Part shown: one piece after another, positions 9,081 through 17,476 of the stretch
How positions within the stretch are numbered: the first letter of the stretch is position 1
Layout: each line of letters opens with the position of its first letter
DNA from: Candidatus Aenigmatarchaeota archaeon
GTDB taxonomy: Archaea > Aenigmatarchaeota > Aenigmatarchaeia > CG10238-14
DNA length: 47,579 nucleotides
Assembly: GCA_038999265.1 (NCBI GenBank)
Contig: JAWAAR010000002.1
Location: forward strand, 1 to 47,579
Direction of reading: 5' to 3'
The notes under the pieces: generated by a model
What the model saw: only the letters and a program-made list of their open reading frames with translations
What the model was told of the DNA's origin: nothing
Database searches by the model: none
Position numbers and translations under genes: made by a program

Positions 9081-11591
9081 ATGAGAAAGTTTATGGTATT
9101 ATTAATATCAATAATCCTCCTTCAGGCAGCATTTGGAGAGGATGTTGCCCTTATAGTAAAGGATAAAACAAACCTAAATTATGTTCATGAATACAAGATA
9201 TACAGGACTCTAACAAACATGGGATTCAATGTCAAACTTATAGATGGAACTGAGAGCACGGATTATTCAAGGTATGGATTGATAGTAATTGCAGGAAGAC
9301 CATCAAATGTCTACCCCTCAGAATATTTGGATTCATTTGTTGCAGGTATACCTGTCAATGACCATCCAGCAATAGTCATAGACTCAACCTATCCTGATGA
9401 CTTTGGTTGGATAGAGCCTGGGGCTGTTAGTACAATATTTTCAAACAAACCAAGAAACATAGTCGCCACAAACCATCCCATATTCTCTGGTTTTAGAGAA
9501 GGTCAGCTTATTCAGACACATATTGTAGGTGGTCAAACATTGTTGGATCTTGAAATAACAAGGTCAAGATTACAACCGGTCGGTGTACTTGAAAATTCTT
9601 ACGGTACATCAATAATATCTGTTGCTGAGCCAGGAAGAGAACTATTTTCTGGAAAGAGAGCAAATGCTAGGGTTGTCTTCTTTGGTGTTACCAATCCAAT
9701 TTATTGGACTGATGATACTGTTGATCTGTTTGAAAATGCGGTTTGGTGGGTATTGGCTGATACTGATGGGGATGGTATCTTTGATTACAATGACAATTGC
9801 AAGCACATTGCCAATCCTGATCAATCGGATTCAGATGGTGATGGGATAGGAGACGCATGTGATATCTGTCCAACAGAAAGTTCAATAGGATATGACAGAA
9901 ACATGGATGGGTGTATAGATGATACTGATGGGGATGGAATAAAGGATAATGTTGATAATTGTCCGACAAGATACAATCCAGATCAACTTGACAGCAATGG
10001 TGATGGGATAGGGGATGCATGCAACATACTTCCAGGCGTTTCTGTTTACAGAGATGTTGATGGAGACGGTGTCATGGAAGAGGCAAAAAATCAGGATAAT
10101 ATCATGGAAAATGGATATGAGAGATACCATGATCCCAACTCAAACACAAATGCTTATCCAATAGACGGAGATGGTGATGGGTTCATAGACTTTCTAATAG
10201 ATGTTGACATAGATGGATATGAAAAATATTGGGACCCTGATGATGGTATATTGACAAGCACCATGAGAGATGGTAATACATATTATTTAGATACTAATGG
10301 AGATGGAAATAGAGATGCGATGTGGATGAAGGATGTTGGTCTGGTCTATAAGATATTTGAAAATGATGTTGATGGGGATTATAACCTTGAGATGGCAAGA
10401 GACACAAATATGGATGGGTCATTTGACGAATATTTTGACCCTGATGGTTCAACAAGATTATTTTCAGTTGTAGATGGAGATTTGGATGGAAAGAAGGACT
10501 TTATCATAGGATCCAGTAGACCAAACAAATACTGGGATCCTGACAATAATTTGGTTTCAGAAATTACCGAAGGTGATGTGAACAACGATTTGGTCACTGA
10601 ACTATTAGTTGATGTTAATTTTGACGGAAAGGTTGATAGAGTTTATGTTGAAGGAAATCTTGTGAAACTTCCTGACCTTGAGATCCAATCTGTTTCTGTT
10701 AATCCAACATCAATAAAAGAAGGAGAAAGTGTTACTGTATCTGGAATAATAAAAAATATCGGTGAGTATCCTGCAAACAACTTCACTGTAGCATTCATGA
10801 GTGGCTACAATATTTTAAGTCTTGGTCCTGGTGAATCAAAAACAGTGACATTTACCTGGACAAATGTTCCTTCAGGAACTCACATTGTTTCAATAGTGGT
10901 TGATCCTGATAACAAGATAGTTGAATTAAATGAGGAAAACAACCAGGTTTCAAGCAGGCTTGAAGCCACAACTAGAACAGTTGAAAGATGGGGCGGGAGA
11001 TCATCAACAACAAAGGAATACAGAACGGCAGAGTTGACAGGATTTCCAAAGCAGGTTATTGTAAAACAGGGTGAAACCAAAGAGGTATCTGGTAAATTCT
11101 TCAGTAATATGAGCACATTGGTACAGAACCTCACAATAACTATTGAGGGCACAGGTTTTGACAGTTCATGGGTCAAAATAAATCCGGAAAAGATAGAAAC
11201 AGTTAAAACCAATGAAACAAAAACAATAACACTTATCTTCAAGATACCAGAAGATGCAAAGATATACACATATCCTCTCACCTTGAAAGCAATATCAAAT
11301 AAGAATGGTGTTACAAAGGTCTATGAGACAAAAGTGAACTTACTAATAGAGGAAAAGGTTGTGCCGACAACTACTACCACAACTTTGCCTGAGGTTGAAG
11401 AGGAACAGAAATCACCACTTTCAGGATTCTTTGCGTTTGTTTCTGCAAACAAGGTATCAATTATAATAGGAATACTTTTGGCCGGCCTTATAATAGCTTT
11501 GATAGTGTTCAGAGACAAAATACCAAGGATAGAATTTAAGTTCAAGAACACCAAGCAGAAGTATTCTTTTGGTAGAGGATGGAAGGGTTAG
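9081..11591 (+). CDS. Large anchored surface protein with thrombospondin type-3-like Ca-binding repeats, D-x-D-G-D-G repeats, a CARDB-like domain, a Thr stalk and an SPLSGF motif
   Basis: DTDGDGIFDYNDNCKHIANPDQSDSDGDGIGDACDICP and DTDGDGIKDNVDNCPTRYNPDQLDSNGDGIGDAC match the TSP3 pattern. LPDLEIQSVSVNPTSIKEGESVTVSGIIKNIG...ELNEENN is CARDB-like. P-L-S-G-F is encoded at 11415-11429, followed by a TM helix. Confidence 0.8.
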   Translation: MRKFMVLLISIILLQAAFGEDVALIVKDKTNLNYVHEYKIYRTLTNMGFNVKLIDGTESTDYSRYGLIVIAGRPSNVYPSEYLDSFVAGIPVNDHPAIVIDSTYPDDFGWIEPGAVSTIFSNKPRNIVATNHPIFSGFREGQLIQTHIVGGQTLLDLEITRSRLQPVGVLENSYGTSIISVAEPGRELFSGKRANARVVFFGVTNPIYWTDDTVDLFENAVWWVLADTDGDGIFDYNDNCKHIANPDQSDSDGDGIGDACDICPTESSIGYDRNMDGCIDDTDGDGIKDNVDNCPTRYNPDQLDSNGDGIGDACNILPGVSVYRDVDGDGVMEEAKNQDNIMENGYERYHDPNSNTNAYPIDGDGDGFIDFLIDVDIDGYEKYWDPDDGILTSTMRDGNTYYLDTNGDGNRDAMWMKDVGLVYKIFENDVDGDYNLEMARDTNMDGSFDEYFDPDGSTRLFSVVDGDLDGKKDFIIGSSRPNKYWDPDNNLVSEITEGDVNNDLVTELLVDVNFDGKVDRVYVEGNLVKLPDLEIQSVSVNPTSIKEGESVTVSGIIKNIGEYPANNFTVAFMSGYNILSLGPGESKTVTFTWTNVPSGTHIVSIVVDPDNKIVELNEENNQVSSRLEATTRTVERWGGRSSTTKEYRTAELTGFPKQVIVKQGETKEVSGKFFSNMSTLVQNLTITIEGTGFDSSWVKINPEKIETVKTNETKTITLIFKIPEDAKIYTYPLTLKAISNKNGVTKVYETKVNLLIEEKVVPTTTTTTLPEVEEEQKSPLSGFFAFVSANKVSIIIGILLAGLIIALIVFRDKIPRIEFKFKNTKQKYSFGRGWKG

Positions 11592-11610
11592 TTTTTTTCT
11601 ATTTCTTTTC
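11592..11610 (+). terminator. Oligo-T tract directly after the stop of the 836-aa gene; candidate archaeal intrinsic terminator
   Basis: GTTTTTTTCTATTTCTTTTC starts one base after the stop. Archaeal RNA polymerase is known to terminate at T-runs. Not tested here. Confidence 0.3.
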
Positions 11611-11646
11611 TATAGATTTATTATTCGGTTTTAAAGTTACATAAAA

Positions 11647-11683
11647 AATAAAAACCAAAAAAAACAATATTTGAATAGTGGTT
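11647..11683 (+). promoter_or_regulatory. Conserved upstream block shared with 36192-36229 (AATAAAAACC(C)AAAAAAAA..ATATTT..AGTGGTT); likely the promoter/5' leader of paralogous pilin genes
   Basis: Hand alignment of the two upstream regions shows near-identity over about 35 nt immediately 5' of both pilin-like starts. Confidence 0.4.
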
Positions 11684-11685
11684 TT

Positions 11686-12498
11686 TTGAAAGGTCAAATG
11701 TCTATCCAGATGATTATTGTTGTTATAATACTTCTTGTGGTTGCTGTTGTTGCAATAAGGATTTTTATCAACAGAATGTCTGAAACAAAAAGTGGAATTT
11801 CCCAAGTAATAAATAATTTGGATGATTTTGAAATAAAATGTCAAGCATTATGCAATGAGTACAAAATGGATGGTTCTAACAAAAAACTTTCTGAATTTTG
11901 TTATACAAAGATGGGCTCAGATCTCAACAAAAATGGTAGGATTGATGCTTTTAAAGCAAAGACAAAAATTCTAGATGTATGCGAGGACTCAATATATTGC
12001 TTCCATGTTGTTGACTGTGTTGATTGGAGTGAATGCAGAAAGGCTGCTTGTGATAGATATGTTGAAGAATATGGAGATGAAGATAAAGCTGATTTAAAGG
12101 TTAATAGTTTGTTTGACAAAGGTTCATGTGATCTGGAAATAGATTGGAAAAAATTTTATTTTGGTGATATGCCTTGCATATTTCCACCAAATAAACTAGG
12201 TTTAAGAAACTGCATATATGATGGAAACAGATTCAGTTGTCAAACAAACTGTAGATGGGAGAATGGGAAGGAAGTGGTTCTTGTAGTAGTCGATCCACCA
12301 AAATATTGTCAAGTTTATATGAATAAGAATGGGCAAATATCACCTAATGGTATATCCTTGAATTTAGTTGAAAACAAAATAATTGTTGATGGTTTCAATT
12401 GTTTGAGTGGTTTGAGTTCAGATAAAGGTAATTGGGTTGTAACACTTGTTTGCACAGGTATGGAGGAGGATACGGCTGCTATTAAAGGGGTGGGTTGA
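11686..12498 (+). CDS. Class III signal peptide (archaeal type IV pilin-like) Cys-rich protein; paralog of 36232..36813
   Basis: In-frame TTG at 11686 gives MKGQMSIQMIIVVIILLVVAVVAIRIF, a K-G-Q leader plus hydrophobic helix like EppA-type archaeal prepilins. The track start (TTG 11671) is probably too far upstream. Shares CNEYK...FCYTKM...LNKNG.ID..KAKTK.L..CEDS.YCFH with the 193-aa paralog. Confidence 0.7.
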   Translation: MKGQMSIQMIIVVIILLVVAVVAIRIFINRMSETKSGISQVINNLDDFEIKCQALCNEYKMDGSNKKLSEFCYTKMGSDLNKNGRIDAFKAKTKILDVCEDSIYCFHVVDCVDWSECRKAACDRYVEEYGDEDKADLKVNSLFDKGSCDLEIDWKKFYFGDMPCIFPPNKLGLRNCIYDGNRFSCQTNCRWENGKEVVLVVVDPPKYCQVYMNKNGQISPNGISLNLVENKIIVDGFNCLSGLSSDKGNWVVTLVCTGMEEDTAAIKGVG

Positions 12499-14075
12499 TG
12501 AGGGGTAAATTCATTTTAAGTCTTATAATTCTATTCTTTGTTTTTTCAGCATCAATGGCTGTTGTTTGCGATGAAAGTAGAAGAGGAAATTATGGAAGGG
12601 ATGTCTGGAACGGCACTAAATGTTATCAATGTCAGCCACCAAATTGGGTCCAGGTTGACCAGTGTCAGTGTTGTCAAGACGGTTACTGTTTTTATGGTTC
12701 AAATGATGAAAATGACCCAATATACTCAAATTGTATTAAAGGCGGTGGTACACCAATAGATTATAAATGTCAAGATTATAAGGATTGTAGAACTTGTCTA
12801 GATTGTGGGGATTTTAAGTGTTATGGAATTCTTCATTCTTGTGGATGGTGTAAGAACACAAATACATGTCATATGGGGACATCTTCGGGTCCTGATGACG
12901 GAAGCTGTTCTAAAAGTCAATGGACCTGGGATTATTCTGAATGTCCTACTTCAATGTTAACAACCCCTGAGGCAACCTTGCCTATAACAACATCACATAC
13001 TGTGCCAACAAGTGTTGGGGCAACAACTACAACGTCTGGGGGAACTACAACCCCATCCATTTTTGAAATATCTACATGTACTGAAATAAAAACTTCGGGA
13101 TATTACAAACTTAAAACACATATAACAAATGCAGAACCTGATTGTATAAAGATAAATGCTGATAATGTTGTTTTTGATTGTAGTGGAGGAGGTGATATAA
13201 AATTATCAATAACCGGTAGAGGTGGGGGTTCGGGAATTACAATTTTAGGAAAAAATAATATAGAAATAAAAAATTGTATAATTTCTAATTTTGCTGATGG
13301 TATTCATTTGGAAGGTAAAAATAACCTTATAAAGGATAACATGATAATATCAAATAATTACGGTATTGTCTTAACAAGCGCAAAATATAATATTTTTCCA
13401 AAAGATAATATAATAGAGCATAATATTTTGAAAAATTGTAAAAATAAAGCAATTATTTTGAAAAATGGGGAAAATAATAAAATAATAAATAATAAAATAG
13501 AATTTTCTATAGATGGTATTTGTATAGATAATGGAAACAGAAATATAATATTTAAAAATGAAATTATTTCAACTTATTTTGGGATTGATTTAATTGGAAT
13601 TTCAAATAAAATAGAAGAGAATAATATATTAGATTCTATTTCAGAAGGCATTCATATAGATGGGAATAATAATATATTGAATAAAAATAAAATATGTAAG
13701 AACTCAGATAATATATACGATATTTATGTAAAAGATAGTCTTAAAGCAACTGGTAATGAAAACACATGTTCTCTTACTTACAATTATAATGATGAAGGTT
13801 TGACTTCTGGTTGCAAATACTGTTGTCCAGAAACTGTGGAACCACCCTCAGAACAACCACAAACAGGAGAGGAAACCTCATTCACCTTTACACCACCTGA
13901 AAATCAATATGCTCTATTATTGGTTATAGGAAGTGGAATAGATCCAGTAGTACAAATTATAGACGCACAGACTGAAATCGAGGTCACACCCACAGAACCA
14001 GGAATTTTATTTGCAAGGATGGTATCACTTGAAACATTGAATGTGGTTGGTGCAGAAGTTAGGGTAAACGGTTAA
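12498..14075 (+). CDS. Secreted right-handed parallel beta-helix (NosD/PbH1-like) protein with an N-terminal Cys-rich PSI-like module
   Basis: Sec-type signal (FILSLIILFFVFSASMAV). CRTCLDCGDFKCYGILHSCGWCKNTNTCH resembles a PSI/plexin repeat. Thr-rich linker. Many roughly 22-aa N/I/G-rich repeats (NNIEIKNCIISNFADGIHLEGKNNLIKDNMI...). Its ATG overlaps the preceding stop (TGATG). Confidence 0.75.
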   Translation: MRGKFILSLIILFFVFSASMAVVCDESRRGNYGRDVWNGTKCYQCQPPNWVQVDQCQCCQDGYCFYGSNDENDPIYSNCIKGGGTPIDYKCQDYKDCRTCLDCGDFKCYGILHSCGWCKNTNTCHMGTSSGPDDGSCSKSQWTWDYSECPTSMLTTPEATLPITTSHTVPTSVGATTTTSGGTTTPSIFEISTCTEIKTSGYYKLKTHITNAEPDCIKINADNVVFDCSGGGDIKLSITGRGGGSGITILGKNNIEIKNCIISNFADGIHLEGKNNLIKDNMIISNNYGIVLTSAKYNIFPKDNIIEHNILKNCKNKAIILKNGENNKIINNKIEFSIDGICIDNGNRNIIFKNEIISTYFGIDLIGISNKIEENNILDSISEGIHIDGNNNILNKNKICKNSDNIYDIYVKDSLKATGNENTCSLTYNYNDEGLTSGCKYCCPETVEPPSEQPQTGEETSFTFTPPENQYALLLVIGSGIDPVVQIIDAQTEIEVTPTEPGILFARMVSLETLNVVGAEVRVNG

Positions 14076-15110
14076 CTATTTTTCCTCCCACCCAACACCC
14101 CTGACACTAACCTCATTTCCTTTAACATTAAACTTGACAGGAAGCATTTTCTCAATTACTTGAATGTTCGTGATGAAATGGTCTGTTGCCCCCTCTATAG
14201 TAATAGAAGATTCACCATGGGCCAATGCAAGGAATGGTAGTATTTGATCTGCCATATATTTATCCAAGCAGGCTCCTGTTTTTAAGGATGTAACAAGTTC
14301 TTCAGCTGCCGACTCTCCAATCTTCTCACCCATAAATCCCCTCTCACCAAGAGATGATGCTCCTAAGATAGAATTCTCGCAAAGGGCATAGCAAGTGCAA
14401 CTTGAACCAGAAGATGGTGTTTGACTCTCCCCATAAACCACAGAAACTTTCTTGTCTGGGTAATGGAACTGAAAAACTTTTAGAGCACTTTCACATTGTT
14501 CCTTGGCGACACCCTTTAAAAAACTTCCACAGAAGGAATCTATATAGAGGTTCAATATTTCTCCCCGAGATTTGCAGACCCAGGCCCTGAGTTTGTTTGT
14601 TGGTTTAGAGGATACTTTGACCACACCCCCACCTTTTGGGTAATATCCATGCTTCACTATTTCTATATCCAAGCTTGCTCCGAGTTTTTTGAGTAGAGGA
14701 AATGTCACATTCTTATAGTATTGTACTGTTGGGGACCAACTTACCTCTGTACCTCCTTTTATTTCCAAAGTCACTGGTTTTTCATTAAATATTAGTATTG
14801 GCAGAAGGGTTTGTATTAACAAAGTTACACTCCCAGCAGTACCTATATCTATCTTCTTTGATTTTACCTCAAATCCCTGAGGTGTAAACTGGACTGTTGT
14901 TGATCCTTCCTTGAGACCATGGACCACGGCATCGCAAAACTCGGCTACAACCTTTATTCCCATCAAATGTTGTGGTCTTAAACCTGGTTTGGCTTCCCTC
15001 CTGTTTGTTCTTATATTTGTAATTTTCACGGGCTCATTTGTAAGTGCTGACAAACCTATTGCTGTCCTTAGGACTTGGCCACCACCTATTGATCCATCTA
15101 TCTCTATCAT
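14076..15110 (-). CDS. rtcA: RNA 3'-terminal phosphate cyclase
   Basis: IEIDGSIGGGQVLRTAIGLSALTNEPVKITNIRTNRREAKPGLRPQHL closely parallels the RtcA N-terminal signature. 344 aa is the typical length. Confidence 0.9.
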   Translation of the reverse strand: MIEIDGSIGGGQVLRTAIGLSALTNEPVKITNIRTNRREAKPGLRPQHLMGIKVVAEFCDAVVHGLKEGSTTVQFTPQGFEVKSKKIDIGTAGSVTLLIQTLLPILIFNEKPVTLEIKGGTEVSWSPTVQYYKNVTFPLLKKLGASLDIEIVKHGYYPKGGGVVKVSSKPTNKLRAWVCKSRGEILNLYIDSFCGSFLKGVAKEQCESALKVFQFHYPDKKVSVVYGESQTPSSGSSCTCYALCENSILGASSLGERGFMGEKIGESAAEELVTSLKTGACLDKYMADQILPFLALAHGESSITIEGATDHFITNIQVIEKMLPVKFNVKGNEVSVRGVGWEEK

Positions 15111-15408
15111 AAATAATTATTTTGATTTTTGAGTAAAAGAAACTTATCTATCCTGCCAGTGTTCCCTTCTTTCAAGTTGTTCCCAGCTATAATATCTGTG
15201 GCCAATATATCTACCATTTTTCACAACTGGTTGTAATCTTCCCACAGGTTCATCTCCCTTTAAAAAACCATATGTTTCTGGAACTTCGGGAGAACTGGAA
15301 GCAAAAGCAATTACTATTCTATCATATTGTGTGGGTAGATCTTCCGGATTTAGGATTACTACCCCATTTCTCTCAAATATTCCTAATCAACAACAATAGA
15401 AATAAAAA

Positions 15409-15690
15409 TCAGCCTTCAAAATCATCCAAAACAGTCTTGGCATAATCCATTATCTTCTTGTTTATGTTTATTTGAGCTTCCTCTATTTTTTCTTTTATTT
15501 TATCGTCGTTTCCCATGGTATTTTCAATTGTCCACAATACAAGGAGATTTGCCTGCAATTCTGACCAAAAGAAGGCCTTTTCAAGATATCTCTTTATCTT
15601 TTCCGGGTCCTTTGCCTTCAAGGCCTCATCTTTCCATGTTTTATAGTGAGGTGTGCATGTGTTTATTATTTCAACGGGATCTAATTTCAT
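15409..15690 (-). CDS. Hypothetical helical protein (93 aa)
   Basis: ORF track. K/E-rich helical composition. No motif recognised. Confidence 0.45.
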   Translation of the reverse strand: MKLDPVEIINTCTPHYKTWKDEALKAKDPEKIKRYLEKAFFWSELQANLLVLWTIENTMGNDDKIKEKIEEAQININKKIMDYAKTVLDDFEG

Positions 15691-15801
15691 ATGTTACTAT
15701 AAGTAAGTAGTAATATTTAAACATTTCTATATTTTATCACTTATTTGTAATTACAATATTAATACCACACAGATATCTAACCAAAAAACAAATAATCTTC
15801 A

Positions 15802-16107
15802 ATGGTCAAATCCCCCTTTCAAATAATACTTGAGCTCTTAACCGGTATAATTAACTCCCTAATAGATACCTTCAGGTTTGTGTTTCAGAAAATAGGTGAA
15901 TTGCTCTTTTCCCTGAGTTTTCTTTCAAGTCTTGGTTTACCCTTCCTGCTGATTTCATCCATAATTGGTGGCGTCTTCCTATATTTTATAACCAAATTCC
16001 TAATTGGAAACACAAAAACCCTATTGAAAATAATAATAGCATATGTCGTTCTTGTTCTAATATTGATAATATTAGTGGCAATCACACCTCGATCTCCTGG
16101 CCCTTAA
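15802..16107 (+). CDS. Hypothetical small membrane protein (101 aa)
   Basis: Two or three hydrophobic helices. Its convergent 3' end overlaps the nuclease gene by 26 nt. Confidence 0.4.
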   Translation: MVKSPFQIILELLTGIINSLIDTFRFVFQKIGELLFSLSFLSSLGLPFLLISSIIGGVFLYFITKFLIGNTKTLLKIIIAYVVLVLILIILVAITPRSPGP

Positions 16108-17344
16108 ATGGGGCTTCAGCTTTAAATCCCATAGAACATAACCTTTCTGAAAAATTCGGAGTGGAATCCCCATGAACACAGAAAACCTTTTTTGGCCTTA
16201 CCCTTTCTATAAATTCCAATAAATTGCTGTCAGAAGAATGAGCACTAAAATCAAACTTCTTGACATTCATCTTCACCTTAAGATCCAATTCACCATAAAC
16301 ATATCTTCCCGTCTTAAGCAGTCTGTCACCCTCACAATCCGGGACCTGGAAACCGGTCAATATCAATGAACAGTTTTCCCTGTCATGAAGATGCTTCAAA
16401 TAATAAACAACAGCCCCACCACTAAGCATCCCGCTGGTTGTGATAATTATAGATGGTTTTTTTATTACTCTTTTTCTCTGAGCAGGATGCTGTATAAACC
16501 TGACCTTCATCTTCTTCAAACTTGATTTAACAGAATTGTATCTTTTTTGCAGATGGGGATATTTGTTTATGATGTTAGTGGCTTTTTGTGTCATCCCATC
16601 TATGAATATGTTTGATTTGAAACCAAAATTCTCTAGAATTAACAAAACTTCTTGTGCCCTTGCTATTGCAAATGAGGATATAACCACAACACCATCATTC
16701 AATAAAGTTTCCCTCACCATTTCAGCAAATTTCCCTTCTTCCTTCTCCCTTTCAGGATGCTCCTTCCCAGCATAGGTTGATTCGGTTATAAGGATATCAA
16801 CCTTTGGGACTTCCCAATCACAACCTCTTATCAACCTTGTATCCTCTGTATTAAAGTCTCCTGTATATAAAATTCTCTTGTTCTGAGTTTCTAAAAGAAA
16901 CATGCATGACCCAGGTATATGCCCAGCATCCAAAGCCATGATTTTTGTCTTACCTATACTGAAAGGTTTCCTATACTCTATGGAATTGTACTTTCTCAAG
17001 GATCTTTTGATGTCCTTTTCACTGAACCTTATTTGTGTATCATCCATGCTTGCTATTTTTAAAGAATCATACCATAGCATCTTGGAAAATGGTTTTGTGA
17101 TATCCTGACCCATCAAAGGACAATTTTGCCCCTTGTTAAACAAATATGGTATTCCACCAGAATGATCAAGATGTGCATGTGTCAAGAGAATACAACTAAC
17201 CTTTTCCCTCACATCCTCTGGATATTGGATTGGATTTTCCTGTATCTTAATTCCATAGTCCATCAGTATTTTTTCAGTTCCCGTATCCACGAGGATTCCA
17301 GAGGAACCAACTTCATTGCATGCTCCCAAAAAAGATATTTTCAT
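16082..17344 (-). CDS. Metallo-beta-lactamase/beta-CASP ribonuclease (aCPSF2-type, no KH domains)
   Basis: LLTHAHLDHSGG (H-x-H-x-D-H), TGDFN, DFSAHSS and VHGD in the order expected for beta-CASP motifs A-C. 420 aa. Confidence 0.85.
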   Translation of the reverse strand: MKISFLGACNEVGSSGILVDTGTEKILMDYGIKIQENPIQYPEDVREKVSCILLTHAHLDHSGGIPYLFNKGQNCPLMGQDITKPFSKMLWYDSLKIASMDDTQIRFSEKDIKRSLRKYNSIEYRKPFSIGKTKIMALDAGHIPGSCMFLLETQNKRILYTGDFNTEDTRLIRGCDWEVPKVDILITESTYAGKEHPEREKEEGKFAEMVRETLLNDGVVVISSFAIARAQEVLLILENFGFKSNIFIDGMTQKATNIINKYPHLQKRYNSVKSSLKKMKVRFIQHPAQRKRVIKKPSIIITTSGMLSGGAVVYYLKHLHDRENCSLILTGFQVPDCEGDRLLKTGRYVYGELDLKVKMNVKKFDFSAHSSDSNLLEFIERVRPKKVFCVHGDSTPNFSERLCSMGFKAEAPFKGQEIEV

Positions 17345-17476
17345 TTAACAAACAACTCCTAAACTTATATTTCTTTGAAGTTAGAAATTTAAAAGGTTAA
17401 AACTCAAATTCTCGATTGAAAATTATTTTTAAAGAAAACAACTTAACCTTTATACCACAAAAAAATAAGAGATTAT

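Noticed and set aside
4034-11591. Calling the C-terminal motifs canonical PGF-CTERM archaeosortase A signals
   Set aside because: The motif is P-x-[TS]-G-F rather than P-G-F. The hydrophobic helix is separated from it by a spacer. One protein has a ~70-residue cytoplasmic tail, and another lacks a clear TM helix. I kept it as a variant-signal hypothesis only.
11599-11844. Minus-strand 81-aa ORF
   Set aside because: N/K/Y/I-rich, and it spans the terminator/promoter gap and the 5' end of the pilin gene. Likely spurious.
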